DNA of 64,000 bases from the human T2T-CHM13v2.0 reference genome, Homo sapiens. This document shows, in pieces, positions 53,801 through 64,000 of this stretch. The notes under the pieces are model-generated. The model saw only the letters and a list, made by a program, of their open reading frames with translations. It did no database searches and was not told where the DNA came from. Where the stretch lies: NCBI RefSeq assembly GCF_009914755.1, contig NC_060928.1; one strand, 5' to 3'. A program made the translations under genes and the position numbers. The first letter of the stretch is position 1. Each line of letters begins with the position of its first letter.

Positions 53801-54298
53801 TACACATTTTTATGTGCTACCAGACTTTAGACAAATGAGGATCTTTGGATGATGACTGAGTGCATGAGACTTACAGAGTACACTTATTGGAAAGTATTTG
53901 TCTTTGTCCTCTGGTTCTGTCCCACTTTTCCCTCTACTACCAGGTTTGCACATGATGACAACAAGAACAACAAAAGATGTTCCACTTCTAATTATATTAA
54001 AGAGTAATTATGGTTATGTTTCTACGGTTGACAGGGCCTTCCCTGGTGATGTTAGGGTTAGGGGATGACCTCTTTTCAGGTGTAACATTTACATTGTATT
54101 TGTCTTTGGATGACTAAGAACAGAAGTATAACTATCTATGCCTGAATTTATTATAAGTAAAAGGTGAGTATTCAAATCCATTAATTCTGCTTTAGAGATA
54201 GGGCAACTAAATTGTGAGAAGATCAAATAACGCTCCAAAAGACACAGATTAAGAAATAAATATAACATGTAGCATACTTTTTCATAAGGGCTTTTGTT

Positions 54299-54438
54299 GT
54301 ATATTTTAAGATTTTAAAATTATTGTCTCTAAGAGAAATGTGTATGTTAATATTTATAGGATAAAAATTGGTATATTTTAAAGTTTTAAAATTTTTGTCT
54401 CCAAGTGAAATGTGTATGTTAATATGTATGGGATAAAA
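54299..54438. repeat. Tandem duplication, period 72 bp
   Basis: 'gtatattttaa..ttttaaaatt.ttgtctc.aag.gaaatgtgtatgttaatat.tat.ggataaaa' at 54299 and 54371. Confidence 0.93.
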
Positions 54439-54573
54439 CCAAGTGTACAATTGCATAAAATGAGATCAAATCAGAGTTAAGCACTAATACTTGTTTTACC
54501 ACTGCTACAGAGTCAATCATGAGAGTCAGGGGAAGGGAAGGAAGGAGCAGTGTGCTTTAAAATACCAAACTAC

Positions 54574-54657
54574 TTTGAGGCTGCAGTGAGCTATGATCAC
54601 ATCACTGCACTCCAGCCTGACAGAGTAAGGCTCTGTCTCTAAAAAATAATAATTAAA
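54574..54657 (+). mobile_element. Heavily 5'-truncated AluJ/FRAM 3' end
   Basis: 'gaggctgcagtgagctatgatcac..cactgcactccagcctg'; TSD aaaataccaaacta / aaaagaccaaatta. Confidence 0.85.
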
Positions 54658-55112
54658 AAAAGACCAAATTAATCACATATCATATAATAGTATATGTTAA
54701 ATGTGTATCAATTTTTGATACATTTTAAAATCTCCTAAATTCATAATATCCTTTGGTATCAATTAACAGATAGTAAAGTTACCATCTGTTAGAGGAGATG
54801 GTAAATATTTTGACTTAAAGGAGATATCCCTTTGTGAATTTTGCAGTGTTCTGTTTTACATTCATTAATAAGTTAGGCATATTACCTTATTTTAAAGCTA
54901 CTTATAAAATTTTATTTATTTCCAATCTTTATAATTAAAAAAAAATTGTAACCTTATTGCATTAGCTACAGCCATCAATCTAATATTGAATGGAAGAAGT
55001 GAAATCAACATCCACGTTCTCTTGTCTTTCTTAGGAAAAAAAATCAATTATTTGCCATTATATATTACATTAACAATACATTTTACAAAGATAATCCTTT
55101 ATTATATTGTAG

Positions 55113-55421
<309 letters not shown>

Positions 55422-55890
55422 AGAAGTTCTCTTTTTATAAATTTAAAATCAATGTCAAATCTTTCAATAAATAAAAAGTTTTTAAATTGAAAATTAAAAC
55501 TATTTATTTTTAAATAGGTAATATACTAACATCCATAAAAATGCCCAGGGCACAAAAGTGATATTTCTTTCAAACTCTATTTCCCAGCCACCTGCATCTA
55601 AGCAACAATTTGCCTCTTTCTTATATATCCTTGCAGAGATACTTAAGCTATTGTAATTACGTATATTTTGCCTATAAACACAAGAAAAGCTATATGATCT
55701 GATAAAATTTTGAAACATTTCCCATCATACCATTTTTCAAATAGTTGATGCCCTGAGCTTCTCTAGAGATGGACTTGCCTTAATCACCCTGGCCTTCCAA
55801 GCCCCTGTGTTGTTCCCCTAGAACAACAAATGAAGCATTTATTGTCTGGCACAAAAGGGACATTAGGACCCTGTTTTGGTGATCTGGTGC

Positions 55891-57650
55891 TGGTGACGGT
55901 GGTGGCCTGCTTGGAGCAACTGCTGTGGGGATGCCAGCTGCATGGGGGGAGGTGCAGCTGGTGCTGCACACTTTGTGGAGCTGGGAGGGAGGAGCCAAGA
56001 ACAGGTGATCCCAGTGGGAGCCCCACACCCTACCAAGTTGGCTGGGCAGGGGCCTGAGCTCCCAGGCACAGCTGAAGCTGCCCAACCATGGCTTCAGACC
56101 CGGGTATTCCTGCGCTCTAGGGGGCCTGGGAAGCCCCCTACCCCCACAAGCTCAGAAGTGCCTGCACCCTGGCCCCTCCTCATTCCTGGCCCCTGCTCCC
56201 TTGTGAAGCAGTTGTAGCCAAGCCTGGGAATTGTCACAAACTGGCTGGGAGTGTGCACACTCAAGGTTGCACTGACACACTAGCCCCCCCACCACCTTGG
56301 CCTCCTCTGAAACTTTGGGTGCTGATGAGTTCAGGGAAGGAGGCTGGCTGAAGGCAGCTAGGTGCTGACCTATGGGAACCACTCAACACAGACAGTCTGG
56401 GCATCACGGATGGCATATTGATGGGGTGGGGGGCATACAGATTCTTAGGAGAGAAGGGGTGGGTCCCTGGCAAAACCCCACCTCCAAGCTAGGGATGACC
56501 TAAAGCCTGGGAGTAGGCCGAGTGGAGTTCTGGGTGGAGTCTGCAACCCTGAGTGAGCACTTCATTGTTGCCTTTTGGCCAAATGGATGGTGATTTTTTT
56601 CAGTTCCACCCATGCCCACCCATAGACCAATCAGCACACAGTTCCTCCATTTTTAGCACATAAAAACCCCAGACTCAGCCAGACTCAGACACCTGCCTGC
56701 AGAAAGAAGCTACCCAGTTTGGGTCTCCTGAGAGCTGTTCTGTTACTCCACAAAGCTCTCTCCACCTTGCTCACCCTCCACTTCTCCAAGTAACCTCATT
56801 CTGCCTGGATGTGGGACAAGAAAATCAGGACCCATTGAACTGTGGGAGCAAAAGGAGCTGTAACATATTTCTAGCCAGCTTGCTGAGCTGTAGGTGGTGA
56901 CACGCTCCCAGACTGTGGGAGTGAAAAGTAGTGACTCTTCTGGGGGCCTAGACCTCAGGTTTCTTTGAGTCAAAGCTGCTGTAACACTGTAGCTTTCCCA
57001 CCCCCTGCTGACATTGGGCAGTAGCCCCACACAACAGGAAGCAGTGGCAGGGCTGAGCCAGCCCAGGAGCCATGGGCCACAGCAAGGTGGCAGGACTGAA
57101 AGAGCTGTAACACAAACAGGCTGAAACAGAACCCCCTGAAAGATGCCCCTCACTTTCCATGCTGCAGGCAGCAAGAAGGAGAGAAAAGCTGAGGCCCTTC
57201 TGGGGGTCCAGACCTCGAGGATCCCTGAGCCTGGGCAGTGACACACTGTAACACCTTCTTTGGGGCTCTGTGTTTCCCGGCATATCCAAGTTTTTGGGTG
57301 CCACCACATTCTCCAGTGCCCACAGCAGAAGCCACTTGCAGTACACACCTGGTCCAGCCACAGCCTTGCATGGAGCCAGGACCTGTGCTGGCACCTGGAG
57401 TTGCCTGCCCTGCCTCAGCCAGAGCACCTGCCTGGGTTCAGCGGCCGGACCCTGCGCTCACTTGCTCACACACCCTTTGCTGCTCCACACCTGGCTCACC
57501 CTTGGCAGGCATGGGGTCAGGGCTGGTAGTGCAAGCCGAGTACAGCCTGATGGGCTGAGTGGGTGGAACAAGCCCAGTAGGTGCAAGCAAAACCCAAGCA
57601 GAAGTACTGCCAGTCAAAGAGGTGTCTTGCTGTCAAAGCAACCTGTGACA
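55891..57650 (+). mobile_element. MER52 (A-like) ERV1 solo LTR, complete
   Basis: 1.76-kb GC-rich block with TG...CA termini and an exact 4-bp TSD gtgc (55887-55890 / 57651-57654); MER52 motifs 'ctcccaggcacagctg' and 'gactgaaagagctgtaacacaaacagg'. Confidence 0.9.
56620..56680 (+). promoter_or_regulatory. LTR core promoter: CCAAT box and TATA-like element
   Basis: 'gaccaatcag' (CCAAT 56627-56631) about 30 bp upstream of 'cataaaaa' (56659-56666); activity unknown. Confidence 0.5.
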
Positions 57651-58668
57651 GTGCCCATTGTGATTGGTCACCAGTGTCCTGACTCATACCCACTAAGCTT
57701 TTCCTGTAGTTTCAGTTGAGTCTGATGTGACCATTCCTGGGAAATCTTCAATTAGTTTTAATCTTACAGCATCTTGTTTCAAGGCTACTGCATCTTTTCA
57801 GTTTTGAACTTCAGGTGGGGCCCTTTATGTCATAAATGTCATCACAGATCTTTGAAAAAGCTATCAGAACACACTTTATGTATAGAAAATAAGAAATTTA
57901 GTTTTTTTGTGAAACTTTGATATGAAATATTGTTGGAATATATTAGCAATCTCCCAAAAAATCTATTGTAAAATTTCTAGTTCAAATAGGAAAAGTAATT
58001 TTTACCTCTAAGCATTTAATACCAGCACTATTTGATGAATTTTTTCAGTGACAAAGCTTTGCCTTAGGAAAATTATGACTAAAGAACTACTTGACACTTG
58101 AAAGGACAATAGTGCTTTATGAATATTGTGTTTATTAGCTTCCCTGGAATCATAATTTTTTCCTTAGTTTATATAAAACAGCTGAAAAATCTGATAGTGA
58201 TTCAGTCCACCTGATATTTAGAATATAGAAAATGACTATGTATTAAAACAAATAATTACAATGTGTTAAATCATTGTATTAATTTATTTTTAATGCATTG
58301 CTTATTATCACAATTAAAATATTGCTTTATGTAATGAAAAATCTTGATTTCCTTGTTAACACATGAACACATACAATCTACTTGCCCTTTTCAAATGAAT
58401 CTTAATATATTTTTATGAACTATTATAATTCAATTTTAACTCAACAGGGCCTATGTAAAATATCTATGCAAGTTTTCTAGGTCAGAAAGAAAAGAAAAAA
58501 TAGTATACAGGGGAATATTAATCACAAGCATAATGAAAATGAGAGTGGGTTTTTAATGTACACTAGCTGTGTGTTCAGGACACAAGGAATTAAATTAAGA
58601 ATTACAGAGTCTCAGAGTAATAGCTGGTTAAAGGAAAAGTAAAGCTACTCTGTTAAGATATAGCCTCA

Positions 58669-59647
58669 GCAAAAGAAACTATCAAAAGAGTAAAGAGACA
58701 ACCTACAGAATGGGAGAAAATATTTACCACCTATGCATCTGACAAAAGTCTAATATCCAGAACCTATAAGGAACTTAAACAAATTTACAAGCAAAAACAA
58801 CCCCATTAAAAGTGAACAAAGGACATGAACAGATGCTTTTCAAAAGAAGACATGCACACAGCCAACAAGCATATGAAAAAAAAATGCTCAACATTACTAA
58901 TGTTTGGAGAAATGCAAATCAAAACCACAATGAGATACCATCTAACATCAGTCAGAATGGACATTATTAAAAAGTCAAAAATAGCAGACACTGGTGATAT
59001 TGCAGAGAAAAGGGAACACTTATACACTGCCAGTAGGAATGTAAATTAGTTCAGCCACTGTGGAAAGCAGTTTGGTGATTTCTCAAAGAACTTAAAATAG
59101 AATTACCATTTGAGCCAGCAACCCCATTACTGAGTATATGCCTAAGGAATATAAATCATTCTATTATAAAGACACAATCACATGTAGTTTCATTGCAGCA
59201 CTATTCACAATAGCAAAGACATGAAGTCAACCTAAATGCCCATAAATGATAGACTAGATAAAGAAAATGTGGTACATATACACTAAGGAATACTATGCAG
59301 CTATAAAAAGAATGAGATTATATTCTTTGCAGCAACATACATGGAGCTAGAAGCCATTATTGTAAGCAAACTAATGCAAAAAGAGAAAACCAAATACTGC
59401 AAGTTCTCACTTGTAAGTGGGAGCTAAACATTGTGTACATATGGACACAAGGCTGGGAGCAACAGACACTGGGACCTACTTGAGGGTGGAGGGTAGGGGG
59501 CAATGAGGATGGAAAAGCTACATATTAGGCACTATGATTATTATCTGCCTTACAAAATAATCTGTACACCAAACCTCCATGACACACAATTTACCTATAT
59601 CACAAACCTGCACATGTACCCCAAACCTAAATAAAAGTTTAAAAAAA
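58669..59647 (+). mobile_element. L1PA15/16-like 3' fragment with TSD
   Basis: ORF2 C-terminus ('[12 protein letters not shown]'), 3'UTR, short A-tail; TSD core tatagcctca at 58659-58668 / 59649-59658. Confidence 0.93.
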
Positions 59648-60869
59648 GTATAGCCTCAAACAAGATCTTTCAGGATTCCTAAAATTAAACTGTAGCTAAC
59701 ATGAGTTGATAATCCAAAATTACAAGACACCCAAGCAAAATTTTTTATATAGCTATTTGAATGAGAGCATCATCAATAATTATAGCCACATATAAATTTG
59801 TATTATCGCCAGTTCTTGTTTAGGTCATTTAGTTCTGTTTTAACTATTTAATTACAGTTTTTTTTTTCTGCTTCATGTGTTGTGAAGGAGTGGGGTAGAA
59901 TTTACTTCAGCTATTATAATTATATTTAATGTTCTATTTTCTTTTGTTGCATCTTTGTATGGAGACTGTTTTCTTCATGGAAGCATAGTAAACCTCAGCT
60001 TCTGTAAGATCTGATGCTTGTGTTAGTAGTGAGAGAAGGGAAAGGAACTTCGTATATCTACCCCCTCCATTTGTATTTCTCCATAATTCTTATTTTTCTC
60101 TTTTATTCATTTTTACTCTTTGCAGCTGCACCCCCAAAGAGCCCATCTCTTTCTCTATTTATCTGATTGTCTCTCAGAAGCAACTTTACTTTGAGTCTGG
60201 CCTATGCTGTCTTTCCCATTTTCAACCCCCTTCCTTAGAGCTGGTGCTATCACCTACCAAGTTGTAAATTTGTGGGTAGCATTTTGCCATTTACTGTTGG
60301 GCTTTCTCTACCTTGGCTTACTCCTCCCTGCCATACCTTATCTCTGTCTTCCAAGTCTCTCTCCTCTTTTTACGGTAGCTCTTAAGTCTCTTCCCTACTT
60401 TCTACTCTCAACAAGTTTGAGACAGAAGATGGCGCTCCAGTAAAATTTGGTTTGTTTATTTTTTCTACTTAGAGGTAACTTGAAAGTTGTGCTCTTCTCC
60501 ATTTCTGAGAAAGGCTCATGGCAAGTTTTACATATGATTGTGTTTGAGCTCCTTGTTGATCTCATACTTTTCTTTTAGGGGGAGTGGGGGGAATGTGTGG
60601 AGAGATTCTGATTCAGGCCTCCTTTACTTTTGCTTCCTAAACTTTTATGCTGTCTCTTATGAAAAGCATTTATAGATACTGCTTTTGTTACTATTTGACG
60701 CCAATGCATCCACTTGTGCATAAGCATTCTATTCATTCTTGCATTTTTGAAAATTTTATGTCACGAAAATCTTCATGTTTGTCTCTATAGAGAATCGTTT
60801 TCATCAGCAAACAAATTATGCATTATCCTCCATTTTAAAAAAGAAAAAAAGAACATCTATTTTACACAC

Positions 60870-61260
60870 ATTTCCCATAGCTTCTATTGCGGAGCTCCTC
60901 TTTAGATCAAAACAACTCCAAAGCATTATTTATTCACTTTCTCTACCATGTCTCCTCCCATTCTTTTGAATTCACTCCATCTCAGTCAGCATTTTTTCCA
61001 CTTCATTGCTATCACTATTATCAAGGTTATCATGGATTCCAAGTTGTCTAATCATTTTCATCTGATCTCATCTCCAACCATCTTCAATACTTAACAAACT
61101 TAATCATTCACTTCTTTTCACTATTCTTTTCTCACCTGATCATGGGGGCAGCATAACTACTTTTTTCTTCCCTACTTAATTTTTTGCAAGTCTTTTCTTT
61201 GCTGAATCCTTTATATTTTCTCACTGTCATTTGCTGTAGTACCTTACACTTAAAATTTTG
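60870..61260 (+). mobile_element. L2 ORF2-region fragment
   Basis: Pyrimidine-rich L2 pattern 'tcactccatctcag..gc.ttttttccac...tatcaaggttatca'. Confidence 0.5.
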
Positions 61261-61369
61261 GATATACTTTTATTTCCATTTCTATACTCCCCTCAAAAGA
61301 TGGCTGAGATTGGAGTTATATACAGGCTGGTTAATGGAGTTCTGGCAAAACAACAGAGTAGAAGACACC

Positions 61370-62080
61370 AAAGAAAGATAGAAATGGTGTCACAAATGGT
61401 AACTAAATGTGGTATCTTAAAGAGGACTACACCAACAATATAAATTATGCAGAATAGCTGAATAAAATGAAAACTGAAAAATTTTATTGGATTTATCAAT
61501 AAGGAGGCAATTAATAACCTATATATAAGGCCATTTCAGAATCCAGATTGTAGTGGATTGAGGTAGGTAGGTAAGAGCGAATGAAGACTAGGCAGTAGAG
61601 ATCGATGTTTTATAATGTTTGATTACAAAAAAAAAAGAATGGAGGGTCTGGGAATGAAAGAGAGAGAGAAAGAAGAAGGAGCAGGAGGAGAAGGTAGAGA
61701 AGCATAAGGAGTAGTGAGGAGAGAGAAGAAAGAAGCAAAGAGAAGAAGAGAGAAAAGGATAGAAGAGGAAAGAGGAGAGATTGGAGAGAATGAGCAAGAT
61801 TTTCCCCCAAGATGAAAGAATCTGGAGAATCTATGTTTATATGCTGGTGGTAAAGATAGTTTGGTGTGAGAGTTGTAGATTATACCAAGGACAACTTGCA
61901 CGTTTAGTAACATAAGGTTTCTAGGAGTTGGAAGAAAATATGATCCAGACCCCAGAAGGAAGAGTTTGGCTTAGATGGGATAAGCAACAAGGGAACAAAC
62001 TGAAGATGGATTTTGATGCCATTACGTAGGTAGTTTTCTTATTAGGATGCTAATGAAGTTCTGTATCCTGGTTTTTAATA
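61370..62080 (-). mobile_element. L2 fragment with expanded polypurine tract (about 61640-61795)
   Basis: 'aaaatgaaaactgaaaaattttattggattt...ccagattgtagtggattgagg'. Confidence 0.55.
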
Positions 62081-62261
62081 GTTATTTGATCTATCACGAG
62101 ATGATAATGTTGCAAATGTTGCAATAATATCTCTCATGATTATTTTGTCTTAATTTTCAAGAAATGTTTTTATATATTTCTTTCTTAGGTAGTAAGACAT
62201 ATATAGAAAGATGATGACAGCTACCTTACAAATGTGGTTTATATTTTGTGTCACCAAATCA

Positions 62262-62500
62262 GCATCCCTGGTGGATAAGTGTGCAGACAATGAAACAAGT
62301 TGTCAGGGATCAAATATTAGCTAAAGAGCAAACCAATTAGGTGATCTTGGGCAATTTACATAATCTTTTGAGGCCTTAATTTTATCATATATGGAGATGA
62401 TAATACTACCTGCTCTGTATAACAAGTATGATATAAATTTTTATTTGTAAAGCACTAGAAAAGTGATTGACACTTAGTGTTATGTAAGATATAATTAATG
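62262..62500 (+). mobile_element. MIR
   Basis: 'gtgatcttgggcaatttacataatcttttgaggccttaattttatcat...tgtaaagcactagaa'. Confidence 0.75.
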
Positions 62501-62722
62501 TAAAATAATTATAAGCAATGAAATGTATTCATTTAATATTGCCATTCAAAATGAATTATAGTCTACTTTGAAGCATTTGAAACCAGCTACTCTATAAACT
62601 TTTTAGTCCATCCGACTAGTTTGTAGCATTTTAGCATCCAGTTCTTATACAAGAATCATTTATTCTTTTGATGTTGATTTTTAAAAGAAACAACCAAAAC
62701 CAATAAAAGTCTACTTGATATC

Positions 62723-63084
62723 TGTCTTGGTCCACCTAGTGGCTATTACAAAATACTTTAGATTGTGTAATTTGTAAATAATATAAATTTATTTCCCACA
62801 GTTCCAGAGACTGGAAAGTCCAACCAAGATCAAGGTGCCAGTAAACTAAGTGTCTGGTAAAGGCTTACTCTCTGCTTCATAGATGGCAACCCTTGCTACT
62901 TTCTCACATGGCAGGAGCAGCGCATATTTCCCTTGTACTTCTTTTATAAAATTATTAATGTCATTCCCAAGAGTTCCACCCTCATGACTTAATCACCACC
63001 TAAAGACCTTACCTCTTAATATTTTCACACTGGTGATTAAATATAAACATATAAATGTTGCAGGAGCACATTCAGACCACAGGA
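62723..63084 (-). mobile_element. MLT1A/MSTD-like MaLR solo LTR
   Basis: 'tgtcttggtcc...caagatcaaggtgccag...ccaccctcatgacttaatcacc...cacattcagaccacag'; TSD atatc/atatt. Confidence 0.87.
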
Positions 63085-63639
63085 ATATTCCTATCCTCGA
63101 CTCTATGTAGAATACTTCTACGTTCCAAATACTCTACTCAGGTTGGTTTTGGTATCATAGAACATAGATATGATGTTATTAATCTCTCTCTGACTGAGTT
63201 GAATAAAATTGGGCTCCCTTTTTGTTTGTTTATTTGTTTGTTTTTCTATTAGGCTGTTGAATAGAGAGGAAGATTTCAAAGCAGATTCTTAATAGACAAA
63301 AAACATACCACACAGTCTACAACTTGCCTTTTTTCTTGTGTTCTGTCTCCCTATGTCCATGCTTTGATTACTGGAAGCAAGGCTAGCCCTAACTAAAGAG
63401 GCTGTTACATGATTGATTTTTCTTTAAGACTGAGTCAGAAGAATAATGAAGACGTGTGTGTGTGTGTATGTATTTTGTGAGTGTGTATGTGTGAATATTT
63501 GTATGAATGTAGGTTGTTAGCAACTTAATCACTATTTTAAAAAAAGCAAAAAGTGTCCTATAATTTCTGATATATGCTACATAAAACAACACCTCAATAA
63601 TCTAAATATAGTTTGCTTTTTATTTTTCTCTTTGTCCAA

Positions 63640-63850
63640 TGGCATTGTGGCAGATGTTCTTCCAGGCACTCTTCTAAAATCTTTCCAAGTAATAACTCAT
63701 ATGATTTATATAACATCCTACAAAGTAGGTACTACCATCCTCATTTTATGTATGGTGAAATGGAAGCACAGTGAGGTTAGGTAGATTTCCCAAGAGCCAA
63801 TGTGGAGCTAGGACATGATCTTTGGCAGTCTTACTCCATAGTTTGCCTTT
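63640..63850 (-). mobile_element. MIR
   Basis: 'ccaggcactcttctaa...gtaggtactaccatcctcattttatgtatggtgaaatggaagcacagtgaggttaggtagatttcccaag'. Confidence 0.82.
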
Positions 63851-64000
63851 TGGGGGAAAAAATTTAAAAAAAAAGAATGAAAACAAATGTGTGCATGCCA
63901 TATGGCTACCCCATCTCTACCTCACAACCTTCCAAAAATGTATATAGTCTCCTTACAGATAATTGTCATTGTGGGAAAAAAGAATTTGGCCGATGGGATG

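Noticed and set aside
54052-54063. TTAGGGTTAGGG telomere-like motif
   Set aside because: Only two units, too short to call an interstitial telomere.
55780-57719. Cluster of long overlapping ORFs (up to 201 aa) on both strands
   Set aside because: They lie almost entirely in the GC-rich MER52 LTR, where stop codons are rare; no domain is recognisable.

Overview
This is an AT-rich, CpG-poor primate (human-like) genomic window dominated by interspersed repeats. I find no credible host protein-coding gene, RNA gene or prokaryotic-type system; the listed ORFs are explained by Alu, L1, LTR or low-complexity sequence, or by chance. Recognisable content: about a dozen Alu/FLAM copies (many with target-site duplications, TSDs), many L1 3' fragments, one 5.35-kb TSD-bounded L1MA1-like element lacking ORF1, MaLR LTRs (THE1, MST, MLT1), ERVL-class LTRs (LTR16, LTR33, MLT2), a complete MER52-type solo LTR, hAT DNA transposons (Charlie4a-like, MER3), L2 and MIR relics, and microsatellites. 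The most notable structures are: (i) a fossil ERVL pol gene (protease-RT-RNase H, about 31.3-39.2 kb) split by nested insertions and apparently carrying one RT segment twice; (ii) a collapsed MLT2/ERVL provirus inside a MER3; (iii) several local tandem duplications; (iv) a repeat-free enhancer-like block with a T-box-like palindrome; (v) a few candidate + strand exons. Subfamily calls come from remembered consensus sequences, not a database search. I found no evidence for a genuinely new biological system.
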